Source: an uncultured Nevskia sp. (GTDB taxonomy: Bacteria; Pseudomonadota; Gammaproteobacteria; Nevskiales; Nevskiaceae). Taken from it: 61,403 bases of DNA. The notes below the pieces were generated by a model that saw nothing but the letters and a program-made list of their open reading frames with translations, was not told the DNA's origin and made no database searches. Both the position numbers and the translations under genes were made by a program. The stretch is taken from positions 1-61,403 of the forward strand of contig NZ_CAISIQ010000288.1 in NCBI RefSeq assembly GCF_903885465.1, given 5' to 3'. Below, piece after piece: positions 55,346 to 61,403 of this stretch; the first letter of the stretch is position 1, and each line of letters starts with the position of its first letter.

Positions 55346-58300
55346 ATGGCCGAACCAAATAATTTAGGCGACCAGACCTTTCTTGGTGCAAGCGGCGAAA
55401 TGGCCCGCCGAATGGCGCGGCACAACTGGTCGGCGACCGGGGTAGGGCCGCCGGAAACGTGGCCGCTAAGCCTGCAGACAATCGTTCGTGTCGCCCTACG
55501 TTCGCGCTTCGCGATGTGGCTGGCTTGGGGCGAAGACCTGACATTCTTCTGCAACGACGCCTATCTACCGACCTTGGGTATTAAGCAGGACTGGGCTCTG
55601 GGTGCCAGCGCCCGGCAGGTCTGGCGCGAAATCTGGCCGGAGATCGGTCCCCGCATCGACGCCGTCCTCGAACATGGCATTTCTACTTGGGATGAGGGTC
55701 TGCTGCTGTATCTAGAGCGCAGCGGCGCTCGCGAAGAGACCTACCACACGTTCTCCTACAGTCCGTTGTCTGGCGATGATGGCAACAGCCGCGGAATGCT
55801 GTGCGTGGTCGCCGAGGAAACGGAGCGGGTTGTGGGGGAACGGCGCATGTCCCTGCTGCGTGACCTCGCCGCGTCCTTCAGCGCCGTGACCGCAGAGGCC
55901 GACTTATTCACGGTTTTGGAGCAGCAGCTTTCCGGTGATCGTCAGCTGATCCCGTTTTCGATCACCTTGCTACTGGATGAGGACAAGAAGGGGTTCTCGG
56001 TTCGAGCACAAACAGGCGTTACCAATGAGCAGTTGGCGCGAACGGCCAGCCAAGCCGGGCGCAACTGGGCGGTCGAGGCGCTGTTAGCCGGCGGCGATGC
56101 GCCAATGCTGATGTCAGTACCCGCAAACTTTGGTGCGCTGCCTACCAGTCTTGGAAAGCGGCTACCGACGCAAGCGCTAATGCTGCCGATCGTCCGGCAA
56201 GGTGGCGGGCAAGGTGTCGGATCAGAACATCTTATCGGTGCTTTTGTCGTTGGTTTGAATCCGGACCGACCGTTCGATCGCACCTATAGCGACTTTCTAA
56301 AACTGCTGGTGGGGCAGGTCGCGGCGGCTCTGACTTCAGCACGCGTCTACGACTTTGAACGGCAGCGTGCCGACCAGCTCGCAGAGCTGGACAGCGCCAA
56401 AACGCAGTTCTTTTCCAATGTCAGTCACGAGTTCCGGACGCCATTGACACTGATGCTCGGGCCGTTTGAGGAGGCCCTGCGCAGCCCGGAGCGGACGCTG
56501 GCTGGGGAGCAGTTAGAACTTGCGCACCGAAATGCTTTGCGGCTGCGGAAGCTGGTTAATACGCTGCTCGATTTTTCACTTATCGAGGCCGGACGGCTGG
56601 ATTCGAATTTTGAGCCGGTCGATTTGGCGACGTTCACCGGCGAGCTGGCCAGCCTGTTCCGTTCTGCTGCTGACCGAAGCGGCCTGCGCCTGATTGTCCA
56701 GTGTCCGGTCTTGCCTCAGCCGGTCTGGGTCGATCGCGAGATGTGGGAAAAGATCGTACTGAATCTGTTGTCCAATGCTTACAAGTTCACTTTCGAGGGC
56801 AGCATCACAATTAGTCTCGTAGCCGAGGCTTCGGACGTCGTACTCAAGGTGCGCGATACCGGTGTTGGTATTCCAGCGTCCGATTTGCCGCAGGTCTTCG
56901 ATCGATTCAAGCGAGTGAAGGGCGCACGCGGCCGCACCCATGAAGGTACCGGCATTGGCCTAGCCTTGGTTCGTGAACTGGTGAAGCTGCATGGCGGCGT
57001 GGTTTCGGTAAGCAGCGAAGCTGGCGTGGGAACGGAATTTACTGTTTCGATCCCAATCACGCAGCGACCGTCCCTGCTCAGTCCCCAAACGACGCGAGAG
57101 CAAGTGGGCCCGATCTCGCAACCCGCTTTGACCTATGTTTCCGAAGCGGAGCGCTGGAGCTCCCCGGCGGAGAAATCGTTGCCTGCGCTTTTGTACGGTA
57201 GTCCGAACTCTCAGGTGAGTTCGGACCGCGCCGATAGCCGGCCGCAGATCGTACTCGCTGATGATAACGCCGATATGCGGGATTACATCCAGCGGTTGCT
57301 GTCGGAACGCTTTAACGTGCTGGCGGTTGCCGACGGCCTAGAGGCGCTGGAGGCAATTCAGGCGAATCCACCCGATCTCGTGCTCAGCGATGTGATGATG
57401 CCGAGGCTCGATGGCTTCGGACTACTGCAAGCGCTGCGTGCCGAGCCCGCGACGGCCTCAATTCCGCTGCTTTTGCTGTCGGCGCGTGCTGGAGAGGAGG
57501 CGAGAGTCGAAGGTCTGGACAAAGGTGCCGACGACTATCTGATCAAGCCGTTCACCGCCTTGGAACTCATAGCTCGTGTCAGCAGCGTACTGACCCTTGC
57601 CCGCACCCGCCGTGACGCGATGCGGATGGAAGCCAAACTCAAAGCCGACCGCGACAATATTCTCGAGTCGATCGAGGAAGGTTTCATTACGATCGCTCCG
57701 AATTGGCGGATCACCTACGTCAATCGCGCAGCCGAGAAACTGCTCGACTCACCGCGTGCGCAGTTGCTTGGAGCCGATATCTGGCAAGTTTATGCGATGG
57801 ATGGGACACCGTACGCGGAGCTTCTCCGACAGTCCATGCGCGAGCAGACGCCGGCTGTTCTGGAAAACTATTACCAGCCATGGCGGCGCTGGTACGAAAT
57901 ATCAATATATCCAGCTGACGAGTCTGGCCTGAATATCTATTTTCGCGACGTTACGTCCAAGAAGGAATTAGTGCTCGCCCTGCAGGACGCCGATCGTCGC
58001 AAAGATGAATTTCTGGCGACATTGGCACATGAACTTCGGAACCCGCTGGCGCCCATTCGGAGCGCCGCTGATGTTTTATCGTCCCCCGAAATCGGCAGCC
58101 GAGAAATCGCTTGGACATCGTCAATCATTCAGCGCCAAGTTCAGCATATGGCGCGGTTGCTTGACGATCTGCTGGACCTTTCGCGGATCACGAGCGGCAA
58201 GATGGAAATCAAGCGTGATCCGGTGGCGCTGGACGGCGTCATCGACACTGCATTGGAGGCCGTGCACCCCCTGATCGAAGCACGCAGACACCGGCTTGAA

Positions 58301-59092
58301 GTCAGACGGCCAGAGGGCGTCTATCGGCTTGAGGGCGACTCGGTGCGGCTGGCCCAAGTGCTGAGCAATCTGCTGACCAATGCGGCGAAATACACCGATG
58401 TAGGCGGCGAGATTTTCCTGTCTGCCACCGTCAGCGGCGGTGAGTTGCAACTTGAAGTCAGCGACTCCGGCATCGGGCTAACGACAGAGCAGATCGAACG
58501 CGTGTTCGAGATGTTTTCGCAGGTGCAGTCCTCGAACAGTCGCTCAGAAGGTGGCTTGGGCATCGGTCTAACCTTGGTTAGACGAATTGTCGAACTTCAC
58601 GGCGGCACAATCGTCGCAGAAAGCCCCGGGCTTGGTCTTGGTAGTCGGTTCCGTATCCGCCTGCCAATAGTGACATCGCGATCCGTACCGCTGCCCGAGG
58701 CCCCAGCGCGGCAACCGGCCGCTTCAAAGAAGTCTCGGCGTGTATTGATCGTCGACGACAATCGCGATGCCGCAGAATCACTAGCGCTGCTGTTGCAGAT
58801 TGATGGCCATCAGGTACAAACCGTCTATACCGGCCAAGACGCTATTCTTGCCATCCAGCACTGTCAGCCGGACATCGCGTTTCTCGATATTGGCTTGCCC
58901 GACTTGTCCGGCTATGACGTCGCTCGGGCAGTACGCGACCGAAATGGCGATCAGATCAAGCTGGTGGCGGTTACTGGCTGGGGGCAAGCGGAAGACAAGC
59001 AGCAAGCGACGAACGCCGGCTTTGACCTGCATGTTGTCAAGCCGGCCAACCCGGATCGGCTCAGAGAGTTGCTTGAAGGCTTACCCTGCTGA
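55346..59092 (+). CDS. Hybrid sensor histidine kinase with two kinase cores and two receiver domains
   Basis: H-boxes VSHEFRTPL and LAHELRNPL, two N/G1/G2 sets, REC motifs SDVMMP and LDIGLP, PAS/GAF-like input regions. Confidence 0.93.
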   Translation: MAEPNNLGDQTFLGASGEMARRMARHNWSATGVGPPETWPLSLQTIVRVALRSRFAMWLAWGEDLTFFCNDAYLPTLGIKQDWALGASARQVWREIWPEIGPRIDAVLEHGISTWDEGLLLYLERSGAREETYHTFSYSPLSGDDGNSRGMLCVVAEETERVVGERRMSLLRDLAASFSAVTAEADLFTVLEQQLSGDRQLIPFSITLLLDEDKKGFSVRAQTGVTNEQLARTASQAGRNWAVEALLAGGDAPMLMSVPANFGALPTSLGKRLPTQALMLPIVRQGGGQGVGSEHLIGAFVVGLNPDRPFDRTYSDFLKLLVGQVAAALTSARVYDFERQRADQLAELDSAKTQFFSNVSHEFRTPLTLMLGPFEEALRSPERTLAGEQLELAHRNALRLRKLVNTLLDFSLIEAGRLDSNFEPVDLATFTGELASLFRSAADRSGLRLIVQCPVLPQPVWVDREMWEKIVLNLLSNAYKFTFEGSITISLVAEASDVVLKVRDTGVGIPASDLPQVFDRFKRVKGARGRTHEGTGIGLALVRELVKLHGGVVSVSSEAGVGTEFTVSIPITQRPSLLSPQTTREQVGPISQPALTYVSEAERWSSPAEKSLPALLYGSPNSQVSSDRADSRPQIVLADDNADMRDYIQRLLSERFNVLAVADGLEALEAIQANPPDLVLSDVMMPRLDGFGLLQALRAEPATASIPLLLLSARAGEEARVEGLDKGADDYLIKPFTALELIARVSSVLTLARTRRDAMRMEAKLKADRDNILESIEEGFITIAPNWRITYVNRAAEKLLDSPRAQLLGADIWQVYAMDGTPYAELLRQSMREQTPAVLENYYQPWRRWYEISIYPADESGLNIYFRDVTSKKELVLALQDADRRKDEFLATLAHELRNPLAPIRSAADVLSSPEIGSREIAWTSSIIQRQVQHMARLLDDLLDLSRITSGKMEIKRDPVALDGVIDTALEAVHPLIEARRHRLEVRRPEGVYRLEGDSVRLAQVLSNLLTNAAKYTDVGGEIFLSATVSGGELQLEVSDSGIGLTTEQIERVFEMFSQVQSSNSRSEGGLGIGLTLVRRIVELHGGTIVAESPGLGLGSRFRIRLPIVTSRSVPLPEAPARQPAASKKSRRVLIVDDNRDAAESLALLLQIDGHQVQTVYTGQDAILAIQHCQPDIAFLDIGLPDLSGYDVARAVRDRNGDQIKLVAVTGWGQAEDKQQATNAGFDLHVVKPANPDRLRELLEGLPC

Positions 59093-59388
59093 GGTAAAGA
59101 TCAGCGGGCCGCCCGTGTCTTCCTACTTCGAAAGCTCGGTGGCCCACAACCGCTGAACCACTGAATGAACGAATAGCTCCTGGATAGGTTGCTGCGTTTG
59201 CGGAAAACGAGGCTGGTCCGCACGTGGATCTGGCCGAAGCGAATTTCGCTGGGTTCATGCAGTGGTTAGCCATGCCGCATCGACCGTTGCGCAGCGTGTT
59301 GAGCAGCCCGACGAGGCATTACAACGGGAAGCGGTTTCCTTTCAAGGAAAGGACGAACCGATCACTCGGATGTGAAGTCAGGGCCCCC

Positions 59389-59416
59389 GGAACTTCATAT
59401 TCGGTAATGCGTCGCA
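59389..59416 (+). promoter_or_regulatory. Possible sigmaE/AlgU-type promoter
   Basis: GGAACTT-N16-TCGCA upstream of the hemerythrin gene. Confidence 0.35.
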
Positions 59417-59505
59417 AAGTTCGGATGGGCGATTACGGGAACGACGGTTGCTGCAAGTTCGAAGCGTCTGCATAGACGTTTTCGCAACCTAGAGGAGGAA
59501 ATCCA

Positions 59506-60102
59506 ATGTCCATCATCGACAAAGTCGTTGCCGCCGTTACGCCACCGGAAAGTGATCACGCTCGTGCCAAGGCTCGCCGGAAAGCGCAACAGCAAGCCGA
59601 GCCGGATACTTGGCTGGCGATGGTGCTGAAACACCACGAGCAGATCGAGGCCGCATTCGACGCAGTCGAAAAGGCGAAAAGCCTTGAACAGCGTCGAGCG
59701 ACGCAGAAGTGGCTCGCGGTAATCTTGACCGGACATGCGATCGCCGAGGAAGTCACGCTCTATCCGGCGCTCGCATCGCACGGGGAAAAAACGCGGACGG
59801 AACTCGCCTATCAGGAGCAAAGTGCCGCGAAGGGCGAGACTGCGGCACTGGAAGAGCTCGACCCGCTCAGTGATGATTACAACGACAAACTTGCTCACAT
59901 ACGGGGTGCCGTTGCCCATCACATGTATGAGGAAGAAGGCACTTGGTTTCTGAAGCTTCAAGAGAAAGCCTCGCCGGAAACGATTGCGCGCCTGACCCGA
60001 CGATATGAAGAGGAATTCAACCGCTACGTCGGCGGCGATTCTTCAGCGAGCGTAATAAAAGCCTTCAAATCCGAGCTCGACGCAGAGACTGCGGCGCGCT
60101 GA
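59506..60102 (+). CDS. Hemerythrin-domain protein
   Basis: HHEQIE, HAIAEE..LYP, HHMYEEE; GAGGAG RBS. Confidence 0.88.
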   Translation: MSIIDKVVAAVTPPESDHARAKARRKAQQQAEPDTWLAMVLKHHEQIEAAFDAVEKAKSLEQRRATQKWLAVILTGHAIAEEVTLYPALASHGEKTRTELAYQEQSAAKGETAALEELDPLSDDYNDKLAHIRGAVAHHMYEEEGTWFLKLQEKASPETIARLTRRYEEEFNRYVGGDSSASVIKAFKSELDAETAAR

Positions 60103-60211
60103 AGACGGCTGAACGAAGATTGTCCGCATCGTCGGGAATGGCAGATGCTTTGTCATCACGGGATGTTTGAGGTTTTTGAATTCCCAGACCCATTTTAATC
60201 GGAGCCGAACC

Positions 60212-60286
60212 ATGCAGCCTTATCTCGCCTTGTTCCTTCTGCTTGCACCTTTATTTCTAGCGATCGTCGACCGCATTCGGACTTGA
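60212..60286 (+). CDS. 24-aa hydrophobic microprotein
   Basis: GGAG RBS; MQPYLALFLLLAPLFLAIVDRIRT. Confidence 0.5.
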   Translation: MQPYLALFLLLAPLFLAIVDRIRT

Positions 60287-60300
60287 TATAGCCCGGATTA

Positions 60301-60328
60301 GGAACTCGGTAGACCTTGAAATCTCAAG
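60301..60328 (+). promoter_or_regulatory. Possible sigmaE/AlgU-type promoter
   Basis: GGAACTC-N16-TCAAG. Confidence 0.35.
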
Positions 60329-60404
60329 TTTCTGTTGAATTAAAGGTGAGATTCTGACGGTCCTACCTGTGTGTTCCGCCTGTTCAATTGCCATGAGGTA
60401 CCTT

Positions 60405-60656
60405 ATGAACAATTTCGTGATTAAGCTCGGATCACCGCTTGCGTTGCTGCTGCCACTGCTGTCGCAGGCTCAGACTGCGCTCGCCCCCACTCAGATTAAG
60501 GAGCCAACTCATCCTTTGCTTTGGCTGGCCCTTTTGACCCTGGGCATCGGGCTCTTCTGGGTTCTGTGGCAGGTGTTCAAGGTGCGCAAGGCAAAACGGG
60601 AGAACGTGCACTCGTCCCTCAGTCGCGGAAACATAAAGACTGAGCCGCGCGACTAA
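60405..60656 (+). CDS. Small membrane protein (signal peptide, one TM, basic tail)
   Basis: GAGGT RBS; SQA cleavage-like site; LLWLALLTLGIGLFWVLW then KVRKAKR. Confidence 0.65.
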   Translation: MNNFVIKLGSPLALLLPLLSQAQTALAPTQIKEPTHPLLWLALLTLGIGLFWVLWQVFKVRKAKRENVHSSLSRGNIKTEPRD

Positions 60657-60738
60657 TGAATTCGGAGGAAGCTGCCGTTGGCGCCTTCGTTGTCTTACAT
60701 CGTAATGGTGATTGAGATGGCGAGACTTGAATTTCGTT

Positions 60739-61005
60739 TCAAGATTCGTCATTCAGCCGCCTATTGCGGCGATCGAGGTACAAGCCGACCAAGGCATTGA
60801 CGAGCATCAATGCGTTGGTCACCACAAAAACCGCGTTTTCCAGCAAGGCGCTGTAGACGGTGAAGCCGAGCGATGCGGCGATCTGGCCGACAAATAACCA
60901 ATGGGACACGCCGCCAGTGGCGCGATCCCGCCACTGAGTCCATACCTGCCGCATCATCGTCACCAGCAGAATGACCGAAGCAATCCATCCGATTGCTTCG
61001 GTCAT
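60739..61005 (-). CDS. SemiSWEET / PQ-loop-like small transporter
   Basis: 88 aa, three TM segments, IGWIASVIL..RQV, GVS..LF.GQ, FVVTN. Confidence 0.75.
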   Translation of the reverse strand: MTEAIGWIASVILLVTMMRQVWTQWRDRATGGVSHWLFVGQIAASLGFTVYSALLENAVFVVTNALMLVNALVGLYLDRRNRRLNDES

Positions 61006-61403
61006 CTGTTGAGGCGCCTTTGGACATGACAGCGGAAGGGGCGGGTCATGATGTCTTGTGCGATCGAAATCTCCAGCGATTACTGCTCGATGATCAGCGT
61101 GCCGTCGAACTTTTCGCATAAGTCCGTCGACATCAGCAACTCAGATTGCACGCGAGCCTCTCGTAGCTTGGATAAGAATTAGTATCGATACGTTGCCAAG
61201 AACTATAACTGGCCAGCGCCAATAAAAAGAAGCGCCGAACATCTCCTTCACCGCCAAGCAAAGGTGATCTCCAAATCCGGTATGTGAAGGCATTTGTCGT
61301 CTTCCCAGACAGACCCCCTACTTACCCCGAATTCGCGATCGATACACAGCTTCTCAGCTCATGCAACGGCGCATTGGACATCGGACGCCAAATGTGGAGC
61401 AGC

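Larger units (their letters stand above)
42008..61403. mobile_element. tRNA-Phe-associated genomic island, right end not in window
   Basis: Integrase right after tRNA, drop in GC and codon bias, pseudogenes, internal repeats; no second tRNA 3' copy seen. Confidence 0.8.

Noticed and set aside
61080-61403. Possible gene remnant at the window end on the minus strand (STDLCEKF, faintly RraA-like)
   Set aside because: Very short and interrupted by stops; not supportable.

Overview
GC-rich proteobacterial chromosome segment; the gene content (asmA-mutY-yggX-tRNA-Phe, rimO, tesB) suggests a gammaproteobacterium, but the taxon cannot be fixed from sequence alone. Positions 1-42,050 are mostly housekeeping and metabolic genes with interspersed REP-type palindromes. 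They include a Doc-type toxin-antitoxin pair, an orphan hutF-hutG pair whose HutF has lost metal ligands, a Tat-exported flavin amine oxidase with a signal-bearing RidA, an S8 protease with Calx-beta repeats and an inverted-topology photolyase. Downstream of tRNA-Phe (41932-42007) a visibly more AT-rich genomic island begins and runs off the window end. It starts with an Rci-like tyrosine integrase carrying an extra C-terminal HTH-like domain. Next come regulator-plus-cargo modules bounded by a 191-bp direct repeat pair and a family of 24-bp arm-spacer-arm sites, with a half-site overlapping the integrase stop codon. Further along are an hsdR relic, a plasmid-like backbone remnant, a winged-helix/AT-hook-like protein and a dual-kinase stress module. 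The best candidate for an undescribed system is this integrase plus repeat-delimited cassette array. All family assignments are by motif recognition, without database searches.
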